From an uncultured bacterium (GTDB lineage: Bacteria > Bacillota_I > Bacilli_A > RF39 > UBA660), in the NCBI GenBank assembly GCA_949296605.1, contig CASFPB010000026.1:14859-78858 (forward strand): 64,000 bases of DNA, written 5' to 3'. The position numbers and the translations under genes are program-made. The notes under the pieces are model-generated. The model saw only the letters and a program-made list of their open reading frames with translations, was not told the DNA's origin and made no database searches. Shown piece by piece: positions 20,953 through 30,065 of this stretch. Within the stretch, counting starts at the first letter, position 1. Every line of letters begins with the position of its first letter.

Positions 20953-22017
20953 ATGAAATTAAACAATAAATCTTTAAAAATAGTGAAAATTAGTGCAAAA
21001 ATTTTTTGTGTATTTACACTTTTGATTTTAATTATATTAACAATCTATTTCGTTAATAAAAAAAATAAAGTTGAATCTGATTATGGTTATATATATAAGA
21101 TACGATATGATGTAGTTAGTGAATCATATGTTTATTTGATGAATAACAGTGATATTAAAACTATAATTAAAAGTGAAACTTTTGAAATTGATCCAAATTG
21201 TAATTGTATGGTTTCTACAGGAAAAATTCATGAAGAAGAAAATATAGTTGATTTTTCTGGAGATGTCAAAAAAAAAGTTATACAAGTTTTAGATGAATTA
21301 TATAAAAAAAGTGGAAAAAGAGATTTTAATGCTAATGAGTTAAATTTAACTGATGATGAAAAAAGAATTCTAAGAGCTACAGTATTAAATTGTGAAAATT
21401 GTATAACTATTGAAGATAATGTAGAGTATATTGTATCAGAAAAAGAATTTTTATCTGATTATAATGATTATAAAATTTTAAATTCGAAAGTTAATTTAAA
21501 TAATAATACTGAAAATGATATTATTAATAATATTGCTAATTACTTAAATGATATTATTAATAAAGATTTTAATGAATATAATATAACAAGTGAAGAGTTA
21601 TTTGTCGAAGATGATTTAGGTGTTAATTTAAATCTTGATTTAGTTTATATAGGACCTTATAGTTTGTCTTTTATTTATACATCTGATGGCCAATTGGGAG
21701 CAACGGGGATATATAATGTTAAAGGTTATACTTTTAATTATAATGGTGAAATTATTAATTTTGATACGAATGATTATAGGGATGAATATTATAAAAGTTT
21801 ATTAAATAATTTTAAGGAATCTGACTTATTTATAAATTGTAAAGATGAGTTAATTTCTAATTGGGAAACAATTATATATGATGTTATGTTTGAAAATGGA
21901 AATTGGTATTATGATAAAGATGATAAAATAACTTTTTTAATTCCTTCTTATTTATTAGGGTTAGATGGTTCTTATGAAAATGTAATTGAAATAAGTGTAG
22001 ATAATTTGGAAGTATAA
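20953..22017 (+). CDS. Membrane-anchored hypothetical protein (Asn-rich)
   Basis: 354 aa, N-terminal TM. No recognised motif. Confidence 0.5.
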   Translation: MKLNNKSLKIVKISAKIFCVFTLLILIILTIYFVNKKNKVESDYGYIYKIRYDVVSESYVYLMNNSDIKTIIKSETFEIDPNCNCMVSTGKIHEEENIVDFSGDVKKKVIQVLDELYKKSGKRDFNANELNLTDDEKRILRATVLNCENCITIEDNVEYIVSEKEFLSDYNDYKILNSKVNLNNNTENDIINNIANYLNDIINKDFNEYNITSEELFVEDDLGVNLNLDLVYIGPYSLSFIYTSDGQLGATGIYNVKGYTFNYNGEIINFDTNDYRDEYYKSLLNNFKESDLFINCKDELISNWETIIYDVMFENGNWYYDKDDKITFLIPSYLLGLDGSYENVIEISVDNLEV

Positions 22018-22038
22018 AATGTTTAAAGGAGTTTTAGT

Positions 22039-22533
22039 GTGCAAACAACTATTAAATTAAATTTAAAAAAGAAAGAGGATTTTTATTGTAAATATTCTAA
22101 TTATATTTTAAATCCTGAGTTGCGCAGTTATTTATTTGATGCATGTTATGGTGATGATTATAAAAATAAAATTGTTATTAATATTTATACTAAATTAAAA
22201 TTAACTAATAATGAAAAAAATAAAATGATTGATACTATTAGAAGAACTTTTGGTTTAAAAGTTCAAGATGAACTTTATTATTATAAAAAATCCAAATTTA
22301 AAAAAACTATCCTTTTTTTAATAGGAATAGTTTTAATTATTATATATTATTTTTCCTTTGTTAATATTATTAAAGAAATTATTTTGATTTTAGGTTGGCT
22401 TTCAATTTGGGAATCTGTTTATAGTTTTTTAACGGATTCCAAACGAGATTATATTTATATTTATCGTCTTAAACAATATGCGAAAGCTAGAATTTATTTT
22501 GTCGATTCATCTGATGAAGAAGATAATTCCTGA
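22039..22533 (+). CDS. Hypothetical membrane protein
   Basis: 164 aa with central hydrophobic helices. Confidence 0.45.
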   Translation: MQTTIKLNLKKKEDFYCKYSNYILNPELRSYLFDACYGDDYKNKIVINIYTKLKLTNNEKNKMIDTIRRTFGLKVQDELYYYKKSKFKKTILFLIGIVLIIIYYFSFVNIIKEIILILGWLSIWESVYSFLTDSKRDYIYIYRLKQYAKARIYFVDSSDEEDNS

Positions 22534-22778
22534 GTTAAAGTCTTAATTGTAGACTTTATTTTTTTGACTTCTTCTTTTTCTAATTTATAAAATCCTAGTT
22601 TATATGATAAATCAAAAATTTCTTTTACCTTTTTATTTATATTTTCAAACATTTTTAAATAGGATTTATATAATTTATCACAACTTGCTTCATTTAATGC
22701 AAATGTCATATTAACTGATAAGTTTTTTTCGGATTCTAATATATCCATTATATATTCTTTATCATTCACAGTTATCAC
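22494..22778 (-). CDS. Coat F (CotF)-like domain protein
   Basis: 94 aa. MDILESEKNLSVNMTFALNEASCDKLYKSYLKMFENINKK...LGFYKLE resembles the Coat_F domain pattern. Confidence 0.45.
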   Translation of the reverse strand: MITVNDKEYIMDILESEKNLSVNMTFALNEASCDKLYKSYLKMFENINKKVKEIFDLSYKLGFYKLEKEEVKKIKSTIKTLTQELSSSSDESTK

Positions 22779-22977
22779 ATCCTTCTAATAGGTTTAGTAA
22801 TTCATTGCAGTTGTTAAAATGCAAATTTGATAAATCATTTGTTAATTTATAAATTTCCTCGTCTTCTATATTTTCTAGGTAATTATCATATTTTTTGAAT
22901 AATATGTAATTCCAATTAAACATATCTTTAATGTATGCAATATCTTTTGTAGATATCATTTCTGGTATATTTTTCAT
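22762..22977 (-). CDS. Small hypothetical protein co-oriented with the CotF-like gene
   Basis: Strong RBS GGGAGG 8 nt upstream of ATG (MKNIPEMIS...). 17-nt overlap with the downstream gene. Confidence 0.45.
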   Translation of the reverse strand: MKNIPEMISTKDIAYIKDMFNWNYILFKKYDNYLENIEDEEIYKLTNDLSNLHFNNCNELLNLLEGCDNCE

Positions 22978-23055
22978 ATTTACCTCCCTTAATAGTATTA
23001 TCAATTATTTGTTTTATAAGCTGGTATTATTTGGTATAATTAATTAGGTGATGAA

Positions 23056-23787
23056 ATGAAAACTTTAAAAAAAATATTAATTGGTGCTGTTATCGCAATA
23101 GTTATAGGTTTCGTGTCTTTGGTAATTTATTATATTTATCAAGATAGTTTGAGTGAAAAAAAATTATCTAATGAGTTTGATGAAATAGATAATTTACTTA
23201 CTAATAGTGATATTCATAATGATTTAATTGATATCAAATTAAATGAAACTGTTAGTAATGGAGATTATAAAATTGTTGAAGAAGTAGTAAAGAATTATTT
23301 AAAAGAAGTTATTGATGTTTTAAGAGATTTTGATAAAACTTATAATGATGATAAATTTTTAAAAATAATAAATTTTGAATATTTTGATGAAAATTATAAA
23401 TATATTAACGATAATATAAATTATTTAGAAAATGTAAAATTAAAAACTCAAAATTTTAAGGATAGTTTTTATCTGTTGTTTGATGAAGATAATATTAATA
23501 ATAGAATAAAAGAATATAAACTAGATTCATATTATATAGATTATTATAAAAATATTATGACTGGGTTAAGTGATTATCAACAAGATATTGATAATGATTT
23601 AAAATATGTAATTGATGTAATTGATGGCTTTATTAATTATTATTCCTTTTTAAGTGATAATAATAGTCATTGGATTTATGATGGAAATTATATTATATTT
23701 GATAATGATTCGTTAACCAATGAATATAATCGTTTAATTAAGGTTATTGAAAATATTGGATATAATAATCAAGAAAGTATTTTATAA
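23056..23787 (+). CDS. Membrane-anchored hypothetical protein
   Basis: 243 aa with N-terminal TM. Confidence 0.5.
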   Translation: MKTLKKILIGAVIAIVIGFVSLVIYYIYQDSLSEKKLSNEFDEIDNLLTNSDIHNDLIDIKLNETVSNGDYKIVEEVVKNYLKEVIDVLRDFDKTYNDDKFLKIINFEYFDENYKYINDNINYLENVKLKTQNFKDSFYLLFDEDNINNRIKEYKLDSYYIDYYKNIMTGLSDYQQDIDNDLKYVIDVIDGFINYYSFLSDNNSHWIYDGNYIIFDNDSLTNEYNRLIKVIENIGYNNQESIL

Positions 23788-23843
23788 AAAGTCATTTAAT
23801 AGTCACTTTAAAAAAATATAATTATTTTGAAAGGAATGATTAT

Positions 23844-24521
23844 ATGGAAATTTTAAAAGTAGAAAAATTATCCAAAGTTTATGGAAAAGGGGAAACTAAA
23901 ATAAATGCTGTTGATAATATTTCTTTTAGCGTTTCTAAGGGTGAATTTGTTGCAATAGTTGGAGCATCTGGTTCTGGTAAATCTACTTTATTACATTTAA
24001 TAGGTGGTGTTGATCGACCAACTAGTGGAAAAGTATTTATAGATGGTGTTGATATTTATGCTATGAATAATGATGCTCTTGCAATATTTAGAAGAAGACA
24101 AGTAGGTTTAATTTATCAGTTTTATAATTTAATACCTATTTTAAATGTTGTAGAAAATATTACTTTACCATGTAAATTAGATAATAAAAACGTTGATGAA
24201 AATCATTTAAATGATTTGTTAAAAACTTTAAGTTTAGAAAATAGAAAAAATCATTTACCTAATGAACTATCTGGGGGTCAGCAACAAAGAGTGTCTATTG
24301 GAAGAGCTATAATAAATAATCCTGCTTTAGTTTTAGCGGATGAACCAACTGGTAATTTAGATTCAAAAGCTAGTGATGAAATAATATCTTTGCTTAAAAA
24401 GTCTAATCAAAAATATAATCAAACAATTATTGTTATTACTCATGATTTAGAAATTGCAAATGAAGCAAATAGAATAATTACCATAGAAGATGGTAAAATT
24501 ATAAGTGATGTTCGGAAGTAA
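23844..24521 (+). CDS. ABC transporter ATP-binding protein (MacB/LolD/BceA-like)
   Basis: Walker A GASGSGKST, Q-loop, LSGGQQQRV signature, Walker B LVLADEPTGNLD. Confidence 0.9.
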   Translation: MEILKVEKLSKVYGKGETKINAVDNISFSVSKGEFVAIVGASGSGKSTLLHLIGGVDRPTSGKVFIDGVDIYAMNNDALAIFRRRQVGLIYQFYNLIPILNVVENITLPCKLDNKNVDENHLNDLLKTLSLENRKNHLPNELSGGQQQRVSIGRAIINNPALVLADEPTGNLDSKASDEIISLLKKSNQKYNQTIIVITHDLEIANEANRIITIEDGKIISDVRK

Positions 24522-24525
24522 TAAT

Positions 24526-27105
24526 ATGAATATATTAAATAAACTTACTTTAAAAAATTTAAAATTAAATAAAAAAAGAACAATTGTAACAATAATTGGT
24601 ATTATATTATCTACTGCATTAATTTGTGCTGTTGCTGGTATGGTTAGTAGTTTGCAAGCTACATTAATTGAAAATGCTAAAGAAAATTCTGGAAATAGAC
24701 ATATAACAGTAGAATCAGTTTTAAAAAAAGATTTAAAATATTTTGAAAATAATCGTCATGTTGAGCTTATGTATTTAATAGAAAATTTGGGGTATGCTCC
24801 TTTGAGTGAAAGTCAAAATCCTTATAAACCATATTTATATGTTTTAGGTTATACAAAAGAAGCTTTTAAAAATGCTCCGATAAATGTAAAAGATGGTAGG
24901 TTACCTCAAAATTCTTCTGAAATAATTATTTCTAAAAGTGTTATAGATAATGCAGAAGTTGAAATAAATATTGGTGATAGAATTACTTTAGATATTAGTA
25001 ATCGTATATGTAGTGATGGTTCTAAATTAAATCAAAAAAATCCAACTTTTGTTTACGAAGAAGGATATAATGAGGTTGATGAATGTAATGAAAAATTAGA
25101 GTATAAGTATTCTAAAGAATATACTGTAGTAGGTATCATGGAAAGGTTAGATTATAATTTTGAACCATACAATGCACCTGGTTATACTGTAATTACATAT
25201 GCTGATACATTAACTAGTGATACATATGATGTTTCATTATTATTTAAAGAGCCTGGATATTATAAAGATTTTTTAAATAATTTAATAAATAGTAGTGAAT
25301 TAAAGGACTATAGTTATAATTTAAATAGTGACTTACTCCGTTGGCAAGGAGTGGGTTTAAGTGATTCTAATCAAGATATGATATATACTGTTGCTAGTGT
25401 TGTGGTAGGTATAATTATTTTAACTAGTGTTTTTGTAATTCGAAATAGTTTTAATATATCTATAACTGAAAAAACTAAACAATATGGTATGCTTGCAAGT
25501 GTTGGGGCTACAAGTAAACAAATTAAGAAAAATGTTTTGTATGAAGGATTTATTCTTGGATTAATAGGTATTCCTATTGGTATATTATCTGGAATATTTG
25601 CGGATTTTGTTTTATGTAATATTGTTAATCTTTTAATACCAGAATTCGTTAATGATACAAAATTTATTTTTAGTATTCCTATTTTACCAATTTGTTTAAG
25701 TATATTATTAGGAGTAATAACTATTTACTTATCTGTTATTAGTGCTGCTCGTAAATCTAGTAAAATTTCTCCAATTGAGGCAATTAGAAATAATAATGAA
25801 ATAAAAATTAATGCTAAAAAATTAAAAACTCCTAAAATAATTAGTAAGTTTTTTGGTGTTGGTGGTGAAATTGCTTATAAAAATTTAAAACGGAGTCGTA
25901 AAAAATATAGAACTACTGTAATATCATTAGTAGTTAGTGTTTCTGTTTTTATATCTTTATCATCACTTTTAAATTATGGTTTTGGTCTAGCAGGCCAATA
26001 TTATAAAGATATTAAATATAACATACAATTATCTATTTATCCTAAAGCAACTGAGGCAGATAAAATTTCTAATGATGAAATTAAAGCAGCATATGACAAT
26101 ATTTTATCACTTGGCACAATCGACAAGTATTCGCTACATCGTAATATTTTATTAGAAGTTGATATGAAAAAATATATGACTGATAAAGGATTTTTTAATT
26201 ATTATGGTGAAGAAAAAGAAAATTATACAGATGATGCAAAATCATACTTGCAAATTGTTGCTTTAGGAAATGCCGAATATAAAAGATATGTTGAAGCTAT
26301 CGATGGTAATATTGATGATTATAAAGATTGTGGTATATTAATTGATGATTTTATTTATTATAGAAATGATCGGTATGAACATTTTAACATCTATAATTTA
26401 TCTTTGGGAGATGTTGTAACTGGTAAATTTGAAAATGGTAATAATTATCAAATTAAAATTGCAAATAGAACTGATATAAGGCCAATGGGATTAGAAAGTA
26501 ATTATAATTCTAGCGGATATTTAATTATACCTGATTCTTTAATGGATAAATTAGATTATGATTATGATGGACTTTATATAAATAGTAGTAATGCTACTAA
26601 GTTAGAAAGTGATATTAATGACTACTTAAAAAATATCGATTATGATTATTATTTATTTAATGTTGAACAAGAAGTAAATGCTCAAAAATCTATATTACTA
26701 CTTGTAGCAATCTTCTTATATGGTTTTATAATTGTTATTAGTTTAATAGGTATAACTAATATATTTAATACAATAACTACTAATATGAATTTAAGAAGTA
26801 AAGAATTTGCAATGTTAAAATCTATTGGTATGACAAAGCGCGAGTTTAATCGTTTAATTCGTTTAGAAAGCATATTCTATGGAACAAAATCCTTAATTAT
26901 AGGCATACCTTTAGGCATTTTAGGTTCATATGCAATTTATAAAGCATTTCAAGTAGGAAATGACTTAGGTTTTATGTTTCCAATACAATCAATAATTATT
27001 TCAATTATCGTAGTTTTTTTAATTATATTTGTAATAATGTATGTATCTGTTAAAAAAATTGATAAGCAAAATATTATTGAAACAATAAGAAATGATAACA
27101 TTTAA
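24526..27105 (+). CDS. FtsX-family ABC permease with large extracellular domain (BceB-like)
   Basis: About 860 aa. Multiple TM helices in two FtsX-type clusters separated by a roughly 400-aa soluble region. Immediately follows the ATPase. Confidence 0.8.
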   Translation: MNILNKLTLKNLKLNKKRTIVTIIGIILSTALICAVAGMVSSLQATLIENAKENSGNRHITVESVLKKDLKYFENNRHVELMYLIENLGYAPLSESQNPYKPYLYVLGYTKEAFKNAPINVKDGRLPQNSSEIIISKSVIDNAEVEINIGDRITLDISNRICSDGSKLNQKNPTFVYEEGYNEVDECNEKLEYKYSKEYTVVGIMERLDYNFEPYNAPGYTVITYADTLTSDTYDVSLLFKEPGYYKDFLNNLINSSELKDYSYNLNSDLLRWQGVGLSDSNQDMIYTVASVVVGIIILTSVFVIRNSFNISITEKTKQYGMLASVGATSKQIKKNVLYEGFILGLIGIPIGILSGIFADFVLCNIVNLLIPEFVNDTKFIFSIPILPICLSILLGVITIYLSVISAARKSSKISPIEAIRNNNEIKINAKKLKTPKIISKFFGVGGEIAYKNLKRSRKKYRTTVISLVVSVSVFISLSSLLNYGFGLAGQYYKDIKYNIQLSIYPKATEADKISNDEIKAAYDNILSLGTIDKYSLHRNILLEVDMKKYMTDKGFFNYYGEEKENYTDDAKSYLQIVALGNAEYKRYVEAIDGNIDDYKDCGILIDDFIYYRNDRYEHFNIYNLSLGDVVTGKFENGNNYQIKIANRTDIRPMGLESNYNSSGYLIIPDSLMDKLDYDYDGLYINSSNATKLESDINDYLKNIDYDYYLFNVEQEVNAQKSILLLVAIFLYGFIIVISLIGITNIFNTITTNMNLRSKEFAMLKSIGMTKREFNRLIRLESIFYGTKSLIIGIPLGILGSYAIYKAFQVGNDLGFMFPIQSIIISIIVVFLIIFVIMYVSVKKIDKQNIIETIRNDNI

Positions 27106-27151
27106 AAATCATCTTTGGATGATTTTTTGTTATAATTTAAGGGGATGTGTT

Positions 27152-27799
27152 ATGAATAAAATATTATTAATAGAAGATAATTATATGATTGTTAAGGCTA
27201 TAGTTTATTTACTTAAACAAAATGATTTTGATGTTCAAGTATCATACAATTTGAATGATTCTTTAAATTATTTATCTAGTGATATTGATGTAGTTATTTT
27301 GGATTTGATGTTACCTGATGGAGATGGATTGGTATTTTATAAAAAACATTTAAAAAATAAACACACAATTATATTAACTGCAAAAGATGATGAAGATATT
27401 GTTGTTGATGCTATTGATTCAGGTGTTGATGAATATATTATTAAGCCTTTTAGAGCTAAAGAGTTAGTATCAAGAATAAATAAAATTATAAGAAAAAAAG
27501 AAGAAAAAAATATTATTCAGAAAGATAATATAGTTATAAATTTGGATTCTGGTCAGGTTTTTGTTAATAATAAGGAAGTATATTTTACAAGCTTAGAATA
27601 TAAAATATTAGTTTTATTATTTCAAAATTTTAATAGGGTTATTACAAGAGATATATTAATTGATAAAATTTGGGATATTACCGGTAAAATAGTTAATGAT
27701 AATACTTTAAGTGTTTATATAAAAAGAATTAGAGAAAAATTAAATAATGATTCAATTATTAAAACAATAAAAGGTATTGGTTATAGGGTGGATAAATGA
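27152..27799 (+). CDS. OmpR-family response regulator
   Basis: Receiver domain (D-box LDLMLPDGDG, K in ILTAKDD) plus winged-helix C-terminus. Start at ATG 27152 after a GGGGA RBS. Confidence 0.85.
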   Translation: MNKILLIEDNYMIVKAIVYLLKQNDFDVQVSYNLNDSLNYLSSDIDVVILDLMLPDGDGLVFYKKHLKNKHTIILTAKDDEDIVVDAIDSGVDEYIIKPFRAKELVSRINKIIRKKEEKNIIQKDNIVINLDSGQVFVNNKEVYFTSLEYKILVLLFQNFNRVITRDILIDKIWDITGKIVNDNTLSVYIKRIREKLNNDSIIKTIKGIGYRVDK

Positions 27800-28977
27800 A
27801 AAAGATAATTATTATTAATTATATTGTATTACTAATTTCAGTTGTTATTATTACTTATTTTGATTATGTTAAATATAGTAATTTGGTTAATGGTTTTGTT
27901 AATACTGTTATTTATGAAATAAAAAAAGATTATCCTGATTATGATGAAAGTAAAATTATAAAATTAATTAACCTGAGTGAATATGAAGATACATTATTAA
28001 ATAATTATGGATTTAGTAAAAGTGATATTAGTGTATTGTATTCTTTTAAAAATAGTTTTATACATTCTTTATATTTAAATTCAATATTTATTATTGTAAT
28101 TTCTTTAATATTTTTTATAGTAATACTATTTAATAGAAAAAAAGAAAAAAAAGAACTAAATGAAATTGTCGAATATATTAAAGATATCAACAAAGGAAAT
28201 TATGATTTAAAATTAACTAATAATAAAGAAAATATGTATAGTATTTTGAAAAATGAAATATACACTACAACTGTTATGTTAAAAGAAAAAGCAGAAAATG
28301 AATTAAAAGATAAATTAAGTGTTAAGGATTCTTTAACTAATATTTCTCATCAATTAAAAACTCCTTTAACTTCTATATCTTTGCTGGTAGATAATTTATG
28401 TGATAATAATGTTTCTCCTGAAATTCAAAAAGAATTTTTAGAAGATATAAAATTTCAAGTTAAAAATATAAATTATTTAATTATTCAATTATTAAAACTA
28501 TCTAAATTTGATGCAAATGTAGTTGTTTTTAAAAAAGAAAATATTAATGTTAAAAATATTATTTTTGAAGTTTTAAAATATGTTGATCCTTTAATTGATT
28601 TAAAAAATATTAATATTCATGTAAATGGTAAAAATAATGTTTCTTTTATTGGAGATTATCAATGGGAGTTTGAAGCATTATCCAATATAATTAAAAATTG
28701 TATTGATTATATTCCTGATAATAAAAATATTTATATTGAATTTAAGGAAAATAATTTCTATACACAGATTGAAATTATTGATGAAGGATTGGGTATAGCC
28801 CCTAGTGAAGTAAATCATATATTTGAAAGATTTTATAAAGGAAAAAATAGTTCTAATAATAATTTTGGTATAGGTTTAGCTTTAGCAAAAGAAATTATTT
28901 TAAAAGATAATGGAAAAATTATTGTTAGTTCTAAACTTGATAAAGGAACTAAATTTAAGATAAAATATTATAAATAG
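27796..28977 (+). CDS. Sensor histidine kinase (2 TM, short extracytoplasmic loop)
   Basis: H-box SHQLKTPLTSI, then N, G1 (IDEGLGI) and G2 (GIGLALAKE) boxes. ATGA overlap with the response regulator. Confidence 0.85.
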   Translation: MKKIIIINYIVLLISVVIITYFDYVKYSNLVNGFVNTVIYEIKKDYPDYDESKIIKLINLSEYEDTLLNNYGFSKSDISVLYSFKNSFIHSLYLNSIFIIVISLIFFIVILFNRKKEKKELNEIVEYIKDINKGNYDLKLTNNKENMYSILKNEIYTTTVMLKEKAENELKDKLSVKDSLTNISHQLKTPLTSISLLVDNLCDNNVSPEIQKEFLEDIKFQVKNINYLIIQLLKLSKFDANVVVFKKENINVKNIIFEVLKYVDPLIDLKNINIHVNGKNNVSFIGDYQWEFEALSNIIKNCIDYIPDNKNIYIEFKENNFYTQIEIIDEGLGIAPSEVNHIFERFYKGKNSSNNNFGIGLALAKEIILKDNGKIIVSSKLDKGTKFKIKYYK

Positions 28978-28997
28978 TATATGTTAGAGGTATAATT

Positions 28998-29996
28998 ATG
29001 GAAAGAATAAATGGATATTTAGATTTAACAAGTATTTTAAATGTAAAGAAAAGCGATGATATTGATGAATTTTTAGCTTATTTAAAAGAAAATAATTCAA
29101 GTGTTAAAGTTGTGAAGTTTTGCAGTAAACATGATGAAGTTATAGCTTATTTAAAAGAAAATGATTCAAGCGTTAAAAAGGTAAATTTTTATTCCGGACA
29201 AAGTGATATTTTTGAAAATTCTATTGACCAATTTGTATTTAGTTTTGAATATAATGGATTAACTTATTATTTTAAATTTGATTCGTTATCTAATCCTTTA
29301 AATGAATTAATTTGTTATTATATTGCAAAAGATATGGGGCTTGATTCTGTATTTTATGATTTAGCTATGATTGGTGGTTTTACTGGTAATTTATCAAAAG
29401 ATTATAAAGTAAAAAATGCAAAATATATTAGTGGAGAAGAGATAATTAATTCTGTTGATAAAATGGTTGATGCATATAAATATAATAATTTAAGAGGTAT
29501 TTGGCATTGTTTAGAAGTTTACTTTAAAGATTATCCAAATATGCAAGAAATAGTAGCAAAATTAATGATGAAAATTGTGAAATTATTTATATTTGACTTA
29601 GTTACAGGTCAGGAAGATCGCCATGAAGAAAATTGGGGTGTAGTAATATATGAAAATGGAGATGTTGATTTACAACCAATTTTTGATAACTCAAGAAGTT
29701 TAGAAGATGATCCTGAATTTGTATATTATGGTTTATCTTTGGAGGGTAATAGCATATCAGAAAATGATAAAATGATTCAAGAATTTTTGAGTGTAAGTAG
29801 TAGTGAATTTAGTGATATTTTGCCTAATTATTTATGGGTTATAGGAGAAGAAAATATTAATAAAATTTTTAAGTTAATTGAAGGGCAAATAAATTGTGAA
29901 ATACCACCAAATATAAAAAGATATTATATAAATGTTTTTAGTATAAATTATAATTTTTTTAAAAATTTATTGGATGATTTAAAAACTAGAAAGTAA
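28998..29996 (+). CDS. Atypical kinase-like protein (PI3/PI4-kinase/HipA-like catalytic loop) with N-terminal internal repeat
   Basis: GQEDRHEENWGV matches the G-x-GDRHxxN catalytic loop of PI3/4-kinase-fold enzymes (HipA has DDHxKN), followed by IFDNS (DFG-like). Internal repeat LAYLKENNSSVKVVKF / IAYLKENDSSVKKVNF. Confidence 0.4.
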   Translation: MERINGYLDLTSILNVKKSDDIDEFLAYLKENNSSVKVVKFCSKHDEVIAYLKENDSSVKKVNFYSGQSDIFENSIDQFVFSFEYNGLTYYFKFDSLSNPLNELICYYIAKDMGLDSVFYDLAMIGGFTGNLSKDYKVKNAKYISGEEIINSVDKMVDAYKYNNLRGIWHCLEVYFKDYPNMQEIVAKLMMKIVKLFIFDLVTGQEDRHEENWGVVIYENGDVDLQPIFDNSRSLEDDPEFVYYGLSLEGNSISENDKMIQEFLSVSSSEFSDILPNYLWVIGEENINKIFKLIEGQINCEIPPNIKRYYINVFSINYNFFKNLLDDLKTRK

Positions 29997-30065
29997 CTAT
30001 AAGGTTACTTTTTATAATACTTGTTTTAAGTGGGAAAATCTCTTATAATTAAATAGAGGTTAAAA

